The notes beneath the pieces are model-generated. The model saw only the letters and a program-made list of their open reading frames with translations. It made no database searches and was not told where the DNA came from. Source: Sphagnum compactum (lineage: Eukaryota). Taken from it: a stretch of DNA of 64,000 nt. Shown here piece after piece: positions 27,501 through 40,880 of this stretch. Made by a program: the position numbers and the translations under genes. The stretch lies in assembly GCA_965153455.1 (NCBI GenBank), contig OZ234493.1:15304213-15368212 (forward strand), read 5' to 3'. How positions within the stretch are numbered: the first letter of the stretch is position 1; every line of letters starts with the position of its first letter.

Positions 27501-29029
27501 TCAAGGTCAAGTCCAACTCTTTAGGCTATTGGTTTCTCAAATCAACAATTTTAGGCTTTATGAGACTTGTTTGATTCCGGATTCAAAACAGGTTTGATTT
27601 CACCTACCTAAATCCAAAACCCAAGGCCAACCACTTAGGAAATGTTTTTTTGAACCTCCAATGAAATGAACCAATATATATATCCAAAGAAAAACATCAC
27701 AACAACATATCATGACATAGAACACATTGCCAACATTTTGTAAAAATGAATTCTTTTATCATTTTTGCTCAACCTATTGGTCACTAAACATGAAGGACAA
27801 ATATTCAAGTTCAAACCATGTGGCACCCTTAGTTTCACAATTCTTCATTGCACCAACTAGATATTATTTTTCACAGAAATCCATTCATTTGATAAAGTTC
27901 ATTCCATCCAATTGCATGTAGTCTATTAAACTTGTAAAGTCTAATTTTCATTGTCCACACTTTCATATATGCAAAGCTCTTTACACCTAACATTGGAATG
28001 AATCAAAAGCCCAAATTTTTTACATGAAAATATGACTTGTATTTTTCTAATACAACTATTTTAGGGTTATTGTCAACTATATATTACAAACGCAGTTCTT
28101 ATTTCATTTGATAACTTGTAATGAGGATAGATTAGGTGTAAATTACAAAAATGTCATGCCTATAAAATAGAATAAAATTATATATATATATATATATATA
28201 ACATTTTAAACATCACAAAATAGAATTCTTTAAAAAAGAATTCAAAGAATGACAATTGGTGGTATTGAAAACACTAACATGTATGTTTAGCTCGTGTTTC
28301 TATATTGGAAGTTTGATGGCATATCATTGTTTTGCAAAGGTTAAAAAATGATGAAGGTTCATCCAAAAAATGTGTGAACCCTTTTTGAGGATTAAATTTA
28401 AGATATATTTGTCCTTTGTAGCATCACACACATACAAGGTCTTGAAATGCAAATGAAATATCACATAGAATGTGACCTAACCTTCATTTCTGACATTGGA
28501 CATAATAATTGAAATGAGAGGATATCGGAATCTATGGATCAATGGAAAGTGCAACCAACATATTTCTAAGCACATGTTATTTACATCATTGGGGTTGGAG
28601 TTGTTATGTTTTCTTTTTTGGAAACATTTGAGAAGAAGCTCAAAAGCTCCCCTTGTTCATATCACATCAATTATACCTTATACTAGTTTGAACCATCAAA
28701 CATATGACAAATTTGTGTTCATTTGGAAAGTTGAGTTACTTTGAACAAGTTATGTCACCTATTGTACATAACTTGGTGAAAACATTTGCAAATGAATGAT
28801 AGTTTTCAAGGTCATTTGTGATTGTATAGCAAGCTCTTGATATGTTTTACTCATGAAAGGTTGAATTATTGATGGTTAGGCAATGAAGATAATAACACAA
28901 TGAATACATTAATAAATAACATGCTATTGACGCATTTAAATTTTTTCATAATTCATTTATTCTATTTTGTCATATAAGTATCCTTTTTAAATAAATAAAT
29001 AAAACATAAATAAATCTCGTACAAAACAA

Positions 29030-29830
29030 TTCATGAAATATATCCCTATCAAATACTTCAATTCAAGTGGCTTGTCAACAATGATCTAGTTGAGGTCACG
29101 GCAAGATTCAAAAACCTTTGTGGCATGCCATCAATCCATGGTGCTATTGATGCAACACAAATCCATTTGCAAAAGCCAAAAGGTGAAAATTTTGTTGTCA
29201 CTAACTTCTACTCGTTCAAGTTTAAAGGATATAACATCCATATGTAAGTAGTTGTTGATCATCACAAAATGTTTTAGGATGTTTTTGTTAGTGTTCCTGG
29301 TTTAGTGAATGATGTTTGAGTCTTGTGGATATCTTTTCTAAATCATCAAACAACTAAAGGAAACCGGTTTGCAATCAAACATGGACAAAAAAAAATTGAG
29401 CCATACCTTTTTTGTGACAAGGGGTATCCCCTTTAGCCTTGGTTAATGGTGCTTCACAAGCAAGTTGGCATTCGTCACAATGTTCTTGAAACATTATTCA
29501 ATCAACAGTTGTTTGCAATAGAAGTATTGTGGAAAATTCCTTTGGGAATTTGAAGCAAATGTTTTGGGAACTATTGTTCAAGACAAGCTTAAATATCTTT
29601 TTCTTATTTGACATTGTCATAATATGTTGTTTCATGTTACACAACTTGATCATGAATGGCAAGGATGAAGATATCAAAACTATCATGGCCAAGTTGGAAA
29701 TTGAAAATGATCAGCTATATGGAAGGATGAGGGTTAAAGAATTGCGAGTTACAAGCATTGATGATGAAGTTGAACAAAAACTTTCACGAAACAATGAACT
29801 ATTTGGAACTACACAAATAGCATAGCTAGA
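29030..29830 (+). mobile_element. PIF/Harbinger DDE nuclease (HARBI1/DDE_Tnp_4-like), pseudogenised
   Basis: Frames read FKNLCGMPSIHGAIDATQI, FYSFKFKGYNI, DVFVSVPGLVND, PYLFCDKGYPL and RSIVENSFGNLKQ, with internal stops. Confidence 0.85.
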
Positions 29831-30479
29831 ATAATACCTTGGAAATCATAGGCCTCAAATTCGAAGGCATTAATAACATTAAACTTTTTTTTAAAACTAA
29901 AATGCACAAGTAAACAAGCTTTCTTGAAACATTGCAAATTTGAAAAATAGTCAAGATTGAATTTGGAGGTTTGAATTTTTTTCACATCTATTTATTTCAC
30001 TATCACTCTACCTTTCATTTTTTAAATTCTGCTCTTCACCATCATCCTATGTGTTTACTTCTGGATTTCCGTTATTTGACAACAACTACACAAGTGGAAG
30101 CATCTTGGCTTTGTCTTGTTGAAAAACATGGCACATTGCCACACTCATATTCTCCAAAGACAAGGCTCTTGTTAATCTGATGTACTTTCTTATCTTTGTC
30201 GGCCTTTAGATATTGGAGCTATTCCTTGGCAATTTGTTAATGGACTTAGATGCAAAGCTTTTCAATTTCCAAATGTGTGACACTTATGTGTTTCATATTT
30301 TAAACTATGACTTTGATGTTCTTGTCCGCAACTTCAACCTCCGGGGGAAAAACATTCGATCATTTTTGCTTTACATATGTGCTCCAGGGATCTAATAAAG
30401 TTGTTGAATTGCTTGCAGGTGTTGATGGAATGTTAAATGTAAGATTCACAAAATTGACATGCGGATTACCTTGGCTTGA

Positions 30480-31420
30480 ATGTGACAAATCATCCAAGTT
30501 TATGAAATTTGTCTAATTTCCTTGTACCTTTGCATTTGTATTTGCAATTTCATTCCCATGATCTTCAATCACATAATCCTTTCCAAGAAGCTCTTGCAGC
30601 ACAGATCTCTAAAGTACAAAAAAACCTTATGTATCTTGTTTTGCTATAGGTGGTGTATAAATTGTATATCTTTCAATGTGAATATCTCTCATGTGCCTTA
30701 GTGCATTGATCAACCTTTCTCCTTAGAATGTTTGAATAAAATCGTAAAATTCATTGTTGAATTGTTTTGGAAGATGGTGCCTATTGCACTTTTCAATTAT
30801 CAGATCCCAAAATGGAATGCACAATGACAAGTCCTTGCACGATAATTTGCAATTTTCTTGTACTCAGAATTAAGGCCATTCCACTTGTCTTTGCACATCT
30901 TTCCATTGTGAGGGACTTTCAATTTTGTGATTTTCTGCATGTCATCAACCATCTTATCCCACTTTTGTGTGGTAGGTACCATCTGAGAGCAAGGATTGAT
31001 CAATTCTCTAAGTGCTATGTGTTTCATTTTTTGCATTGAATCAAAGCTAGGACCTTGGAATGTTCTTAGTTACCTTGTCATTGCCAAGAAGATTTGGATT
31101 TTGAGATCAACTTTGTTCTTAATGTTGTTTGTCCCTAGCAATACAATTGTTGTTCATGGGTTTGGTGTTGCTTGTGAATTGCTATTGGCGTTGCACTATT
31201 TCAAGTGTTGCACATGCTTTTGATTACGTTTCACAATGTAGTGGCCATGATGCATATCTTCCCCTTCCCCTGCCTCTCCCTCTCCCCAATCCAGATCTTG
31301 CAAAATTTTATGACAAATGTTCTTGATCCATTATAACTGATTGTAATAAGACATTCATAATGAAACTTTGGCAATGGCAATTTGGAGTCAGACACGATGG
31401 AATCATGCAATGACATTGAA
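30480..31420 (-). mobile_element. PIF/Harbinger Myb/SANT (trihelix-like) DNA-binding ORF remnant, convergent with the nuclease
   Basis: ORF 30800-31036 reads MVPTTQKWDKMVDDM...NGKMCKDKWNGLNSEYKKIANY (trihelix W...CKDKW motif). A candidate terminus TGTGAACGCACCT|TTA lies at 31657-31672. Confidence 0.75.
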
Positions 31421-32161
31421 CATGATTAATAGTTCAACACCCTAGTTTTTAGATTGATAATTTATCAGAATATTCAAATTTTGATTTTTTTTACTAGATT
31501 GTTAATAATTTACCATTGACATTATAAGCAGATGATAACATTGTTAACACAATACCATGTCACTTTGCCACGTCTGCTACTTACCATGTAAAATGACATT
31601 GCATTTGAACAGAGGTTGTATATTGCTAAATTGTAGCTTATTGTGTTACTTGCAAATGTGAACGCACCTTTAGTTGTAAGTTTAGGAATTAAGGTTGAAA
31701 CCCATGTTTACTAGTTAATGATTTTTTTCATAACACCAAGTAAATTATTGTTTTGAAAACAATTTCAATGCTAGTTAAGTTATCCATATCAATATCAAGA
31801 AATTGGATGCAAATTAGGATATCAATAATTTGGGGGTAATAATCATCCATTATGCATAAAAATAAATTTTCAAATAATTGATTATCTTGTCGATTATTAA
31901 TTGGTTATAAAAGGGTTGTAATAAAACTTTTAAAAATTTTATATCATAAAATTGTTAAGTGTTTTAAGATTGATAATCTACTTAGATGATAACTAGGTCA
32001 TCTTGGTAATTAGATTTTGAAATTTTAATACCAATAGGTTAGGTTATTAACTAGTTATAAAAAAAATCAATAACCAATTGGTAGTGGGTTATTAATAAAT
32101 GGATCGATAACCTAGTTGATGACAAGGTCAAAACTCAACAACCAGGCAACGTTGATTTAAG

Positions 32162-32367
32162 TTCATAAAATCCTTGACCTCATGAGCTCTTGGGTTAGTG
32201 AATTCTCTTGTGGTGCTAGTTGCAAGTTTTGGATTTAGGGATTATATTCATAAAATCCTTGACCTCATAAGCTCTTGGGTTAATGAATTCTCTTGTTGTG
32301 CTACTTGTAAGTTTAGGATTTAAGGTTTAAACTCATGAAATCCTTGACCTCATGAGCTCTTGGGTTA
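32162..32367. repeat. 85-bp tandem repeat (~2.4 copies)
   Basis: TCAT(A/G)AAATCCTTGACCTCAT(G/A)AGCTCTTGGGTTA begins at ~32162, 32247 and 32332. Confidence 0.92.
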
Positions 32368-33339
32368 ACCATTTGCGAAGTACCTAATTACCATCATGTC
32401 CGTGGCCCCTTCATCTTTTTATCTCTCTCTAGTCCAAGGAAGAGTTTGTAGTGACTAGTGATTTAGAATTCCATATCCTTGAACACATGCAAACTCCTCA
32501 TAAACAATAAAGTTATCTGTAAAGTCACCTTGTCTTTGGGCCTTAGTTTGATCCTCCAATCCATATTTCATCCTCAATTTGAGTGTAACTGGAAAGTATG
32601 TGAAATTGGGTATACCATCTAACGAAGCTGGGTATCTAGTTAGGAACATTTGCAGGAGGATTTCATGGAGACAAGACTGGATTTTTTTGGCAAATCCAAA
32701 ACTGGGGATGAAACTCCCCTAAGAGGACCAACGATGGTAAGAAACATTGTTTGGTCCCCCTTTTTGTTCTCATGTACCTCTCTTTTTCATACAAACTTTT
32801 GGTTCATCTCCAGTTTTGACAAATCTGGGGCCCAGTAATCCCTAGTTCGGAACACTTTATGATAACTCTAACTTCTTCAATTATTGTTATATGTGGCCCA
32901 TGGTTTTTTTAATTTAAATTTATGCTTTATATTTAAATTTAAATTTTGAGATATCAAAAAAATTGTTGGAAAATTTCCAAGATATTAGAAAAAATATTCA
33001 AATTTACACCCCAAAAAAAACACATTTTCACAAAAATTTCACAAAATGTTCCTTGAAAAATAGAAAAGTATTTTCAGAAAAAAAATTCACTGATATTCAG
33101 GCCTTGAAAAAAGAAAAAAACGAGAAAAAAATGTCAGAAAAAATATATAAATTTAAAAAAATCACTGAGACTCAGGCCTTGAAAAAAGAACCCAACACTA
33201 TTCTAGTCTTTGCAGGATTTCCAACCTAAACTTCATGTGACTGGTGACATGGTTCGAAACCACAACCGCTTTGAAAATAAAATTGTTTGTGCCAAGCCTG
33301 TGCCGATCCTGATTCAGGTCTGGGGATATTAGGTTAGTT

Positions 33340-35094
<1,755 letters not shown>

Positions 35095-38000
35095 GTCTCT
35101 TGTCAGGAGGCTGGTTGTGGAGTTTGTGGCCCCAAAGTTCGCATACACAACTTGTTGGGATCCTTTCTCCAGCTTTTCTTAGAAATGACTGTGGATTGGA
35201 CATTGTTACCAAAGCTGAATCATTTCAGGACTTGAGCTTGCAAGCACTGTGTTTGAGTTTCTTGACAATCTATTGCTGGACACAATGTGTGTGAATCTGT
35301 CATGGTGAATGTTTGCTTAAGGAAGAAACTTAAAACTGGACATCTGTTGCAAGACACCCAGTATCTGGAGAACTCTCTCGGTGCGTTTTCCTGTTTTACA
35401 GGCCCTTTTACCTGTGGAAGTCAATTAGGTCATAGTGATGCATTGTTTTGTTTGTCGGAGATTCCTCCATCCTCATGAGAGTTATGTTTGTTGGTTGATA
35501 TATATGTTTGCTGCTTTGGTGAAACTCCTCTTGAATGTCATATTTGGTATGTGGCTGTGTGCACACTGGCCAGTGACTGGAAGTGAGGGAGCATGTGATG
35601 TCTGATTTCAATCAGCATGCCATCAATTGCCAATATGGGCTCCCTGCTTTTTGGGTTGATGTAAAGAGTGTGGTTGTATGGAACAGGGTCATATTTAATT
35701 TGTAAACTGGTCTGTTACCACAAAGTTTGTGGTGTCTAAAAACACCTTGCTGAGAAGGATCAGCATACTGAGTTCCATGCATTGAAAGGATGATACAGTA
35801 ACAGCAGCCCTGAAGCACTTGCTAAAGTGTCAGTTACGCAAATCTGCACCAGTTGTGTAAAACTCCTGACTTGTTTTGTTCTGCAGAGGCATAACATATG
35901 ATAGTTACCAACAGAAGGGACTCAGAAGTGCCAGAGATCCACATGACACAGCACACAACACTGGGAAAACACTTGATTTCTAATCAAGATTCACTGTTGC
36001 ATCAGACATCCTCAAATTCTGATGCACATTTCAGTCAGGAACCCTAGATTTCCATGCAAGCATCCTGCTCCTCCTCTCCACTTTGTCTTCTATTAAATTT
36101 CTATGCAATTAGTATGTGGCATGAAACTTGTTGCTGCTGTTGATTTAAAAACAATCACTTGTCTTCTGTGATGGGCGTGAGACTCAGCTGTGTGGTGGTG
36201 ATGCACTACTTGACTTGATGCCAAGCAAAAAAAGAAGGGGTTTCGTGCTGAAAAAGTGGAAATCTTAGATTCAAGGTGACAGGTAGATTCCTTTCATGGC
36301 CTGATGTGTCTACATCTCACCTTGAAAGGTTCTATGTGCCCATTGTCACCTTGATTGTAATCAAGTCATGAGTCGTATCAGACATTGAAGCTGTTGTTAC
36401 TAAGCATAGGTAGTAGATAAGTGACTAGTAAATCACTCACCTATTAGAAAATGAGTAGCAGAAACAAAGAAAATGATAAACCCAACGCACAGCCTACACA
36501 AATGTCTCAAGTTCCCAAATTTCAGTATTGGCAGGCAGGTAATTTCCTTAACTTCCGGCATTTCATGCAGTTAATTTAGTTCAGCTATTTTAGCCTAGCG
36601 GAAAGGAAGATGATGTACCATGTTAATTCTAACTCTTATAGTGATGGTTAATTCTCACACCCAAGCTCTAATTCCTAGCAAGCAATATGGACAAATTGTC
36701 ATGTGATCATCATCACTAGATTCATCTTGGTGAGGAGGAGGGAGGTGTAACTAGATCTCAATTCAGTCGGGGACTATGGGACCCATAGATTGTTTTTTCA
36801 TCATCCACCAATTTGGCACTTGCTTTTGCATTCAAGTAATGTATATCATCTATATATATATATATATAAGCAAGCATATTTAAGTACAAGTGTCATACCT
36901 ATTTGCTCAAGTTGTGTAGAAATATTTGCATTTGGATAGTACTTTACGTGTAGAGATATCCCGCTTCAAAATGGTTTCAACAAGTATAATAAATAATTAA
37001 TAAATGGTAATTACTGAACTTCCTCTTTTGTAATTGATGGGTGGATATGCCCATTGAGAAGGTAAAGGTTGATTGTCTTTTCAACAAATTGTGATTTTTG
37101 ATGTGTAAAAGCTTAGTATCATTGTCAAAATGAGTTTTATTGATTAAGGGTTAAAGAAAATCACACTTACAATTTTTTTTGAAACATCAATATCTAATTT
37201 ATAACATGTTGGGTTACAAACATGATGGTTACAAGTGTTTATTATAATATAAATTTATGTTCATTATGAATTTGGGCTTTATGTTACTTCACACTATCAA
37301 TGAAAATCAACTATGTCATCACATTATATTGTGTTAGGATGCGAGTGTTTGGGGAATGGAGATATATTTTTATTGTTTATGTTGTGCAAATGTAATTGTA
37401 TCTTTAACACATTATTAATAACTTGTCCTAGGTTGAGTACAAATGTTATCTCAATTGCATATTTTATTATGAAAACTTCACAAGATGAATTGTTTGACTA
37501 TTGCATGACATTTGAAATATGTATATAATAAGTGTTTGACATTAATTATGTTAATTAGTAAGTGTATGGTGAAATCTAGTATTTTTACATTGTTGATATG
37601 TTTGAATCATATATTGTGAAGTGTAAGCCAAGAGTGAAGACATATATTTTGACTAATATCTAAATGAAAACGTGTTGAAAACAATTGATTAGGTATTTAT
37701 GTATGCTTCCTACTATTACATGTGTGTTGTTGATAATCTAATGATTGTAATTTTTGAACATATAATGTTTGCATCATAGATGTTAGATGTGAGTTGTTCA
37801 TCTATCCATTTGGACTCAAAAGAACGTTTTCATCATTTTTAGTTAATTAGAACTCCTTGTGCCAATAGTTGATGACATTATTATCAATGATGTCACCGTC
37901 TAAATCATTGTTTATCATAATTAAATGACATTTTTTTTGTTGTAGGATTTCAATGGCCAATGTTTTTGTTTGTCATTGGTTATGTTATGTTTTGAAATGT

Positions 38001-38994
38001 ATGTCACTATTTTTAACAATTTGTTTTTGAAATTAGCTTTGCACGTGTTTTTGAATAACAAAATCTTGTAAAATTATGAATCTAAATTTGTGAAACATAT
38101 AAACATGACAATATTATATATATGTTATGCACATTAAGTCAAACATTCTTATGTGTTTGGTGAAGCACTCGAATGCTTGTCCTCACACTTTGAAATTCGT
38201 GAAATGAAAAGTTGGGGCAAGTGATAATTGATGTTTATTAATTGTGAATGTTCTTAAAATGTTTGATTTTGATATGTGACGATTATACTAGAAGTTTATG
38301 TATCCATTTGACATCTATGAAGGATTTTTTTTTGATACAGTCGATGTTTCCATTAACAATTTTTAGTTTATATAATTTTTTTATTATAATGAATTCCATT
38401 CTTTTGTAAATTTCAAAGAAAGGTGTTAAATATTGAGTTTTACTTGTTGAAATTATTTGCATTACATTTATTTAATATCATTATGTCCTTATGGTCAATT
38501 AGTTCACAATCACTTAATATACACGGTTAATAAATTTTCAAAAATTCAAATTTTTATTTATTTTCTAATGCCAAAGCCACCCATGTATTACAATATTGCA
38601 TATTATGGCGTTATTGGGTTCTTACATGTCAAAGTGCATAACGATGAAAAGAAAATCCCACCTTGGCCTAAGATACAATAATAGAAAGAATCATACAATT
38701 TGTAAACCTTTCATTTCCCTTGTGAATCAAATACACTTTGAACTCACCTATGAAAAAACATGGATTTCAAAAACATTTTGGACTAGTATGTTATTTTGGT
38801 AAATTTCTTGACCTCTCAATTTTGTAAAAGAGAATGTTTATCTTAGGGACCATACTTCCTTGTTCTCATCAACTTGTTTTCACAATATAGGAAATATAAT
38901 TTATTTTCTGAATATAAGTGTTGTATTGAATGGTCTTGAAGGATCCTAGAAACCATTTCACATGTTCACAATAAGAAAAGCATGATTACCCTAC

Positions 38995-39176
38995 TACCTT
39001 GGCAACTTCGACACAAATTATATTGTTTTTAGAACTGTCAAATAATTTCAATTTTTATTTTTAAAATTCTTTTTTGAAGGAAGATGTTGAATTTTGAAAA
39101 ATATTTTATTTGTCAAAATGAAAACTTCAAAATGATTTTTTTTTTTTAATATACTCGTGTCAAAGCTGCCAAGATA
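38995..39176. mobile_element. Small MITE (Tc1/mariner-type, TA flanks)
   Basis: TA|CCTTGGCAACTTCGACAC ... GTGTCAAAGCTGCCAAGA|TA; the inverted ends differ only by transitions and enclose an A/T-rich interior. Confidence 0.6.
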
Positions 39177-40383
39177 CTATGATATACACTATCTCTAATT
39201 AATTTTCTTTGTACACCAAGCCAAATTGGTTGCTAAGTGCCCACGTGACCATATCCTAGAGTATTGGAGATTGGAAGGTTGATGGGACAAGCAATTCAAA
39301 GGAAAAATTTCAGACAACATAAAGTGATTGTTGCAATCAACAAATTGAACAATAACCAAAAACAAGATGGAACAGGATGAAGAGGTAGTAGAGTCAATTC
39401 CAAGAGATGAAATCCCACTTCAATTTCACGATTCATGACATCCTCTTCTAATGATAGAACCTCAAGTCCATTCTCAAAGTGATTTTCTCTTTGTTGCCTC
39501 AATGGTCCATCTTCTAAGTTTATCGTTTAATCCACAATCTGGAGAGTATACCCCCATTAACATTAGCCAGGCTTTGCACTCTAAAGAGTAGCTTCATAGA
39601 ACATACTCATGGATTGCCAATCATTAATGAAGATCATTATAGTTGACTGTGTTTACAGACAACACAGAGCAGCCTACCTTACAACCATCTTCTTGTCCTC
39701 CAAGCTTCCAGGCAGATGTGGTTGCAGCAGTTTTCTTGAGTCTCTGTTTCCAGTTACCTAGCAGCACCAGTTGCCTAGCAGGTCACACTTGTCCAGTCTG
39801 AATTCTGCAGAACCTGCTGGGTTCTCTTGCTTCATGGGCTGGTGGAGACACATTTGGATGGCAGTACAGGGCCTTATCCACTTTTATCCTATTGTTCATT
39901 GCACGGCCTTTCCAGGGTGCAGCCCAGCCTGTGGCATTGCCTAGCCACATCCACTACCGCTCATCAACCTGTGATCCTCCAGAGTGCACATTCACCATGA
40001 GTCGTTCAGGATGGTTCACAACTCAGGCTCTTCATTTTGGCCACAAATTGCAGTTCACAATCATGGTTAGCAGCAGCCCAAACTCGAGATAAGATTTCTC
40101 TCCAAGTTGTCCATTTTCATTATGTCCAATCACCAAATGTGAGAATCACTGAGCTCCACTGCAACCAGGAATATTATGAAAGGGGACAGATATTCTCATC
40201 TAGTGTATAGTACAATGATGCCTCGTCAAAAAGCGCAATAAGTTCGGGCCACCCTACTGGAGCAATTCCTATGGTACAAGGACCTCTCCCAACATCACCC
40301 CATCAATCCCACTATAATCAGAAAGTGTGTCATCAGTCCCAAATGGATCAGGAACTTTTTGTGCATTACTTGAACTTCAAACC

Positions 40384-40731
40384 CTAACAAAAGCTGCCTC
40401 TGCATGGCATACATATCTTGTTGAAGTTATCAGCAACCTCATATGTTCCTGTAACAAAGCCCATTGCTAGAATTGCAATTGCACTCTGCTGCACATATTT
40501 CACTCTTATGCTCAAAATCTCTTTTGTGTTCCCATGAGTTGATGTTGAACTGTCCAAGCCCTTTACATTTTCTTTGGCCCGCTGTGCTGCCTGCTGAATC
40601 TGACATTCATGTTCCTCAAAAAATTCCTCATAATCTACAGCAAACAGCCCCCCCCCTCCCAAAATACCATCCTCCCAGAATAAGCAGAATGGAGAGATCG
40701 TCCTGAATGATGAAACCTCTTCTTTTTCACT
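40384..40731 (-). CDS. Probable terminal exon 8 of the CDK-like kinase (possibly degenerate)
   Basis: In frame after the donor at 40901 and a CAG acceptor at 40732. Contains VDYEEFFEEHECQIQQAAQRAK, which resembles the family C-terminal 'EHERQIQ.A.RRAR' motif. Confidence 0.5.
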   Translation of the reverse strand, partial: SEKEEVSSFRTISPFCLFWEDGILGGGGLFAVDYEEFFEEHECQIQQAAQRAKENVKGLDSSTSTHGNTKEILSIRVKYVQQSAIAILAMGFVTGTYEVADNFNKICMPCRGSFC

Positions 40732-40880
40732 CTGCATCCTCCTGCAGAACATGAGCTGGATAAATTGCTTAACTAATCGACTGGAATCCACTTCAATCAG
40801 CAATCCTTCATCATATCCAAACAGAGCATGGGCAAACAACCTTGTCCAGTTCAATCAAGAGCCTCAGCAAGAAGCAAGGG

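Noticed and set aside
663-33229. Numerous 60-120-aa ORFs in AT-rich DNA
   Set aside because: Mostly non-ATG starts, F/I/K/L-biased, located in repeats or TE remnants; no independent gene evidence.
36848-38950. Helitron (5' TCTATATATA...AAG start)
   Set aside because: The 5' end is suggestive, but I found no 3' hairpin plus CTRR and no Rep/helicase motif; left as unclassified AT-rich TE debris.
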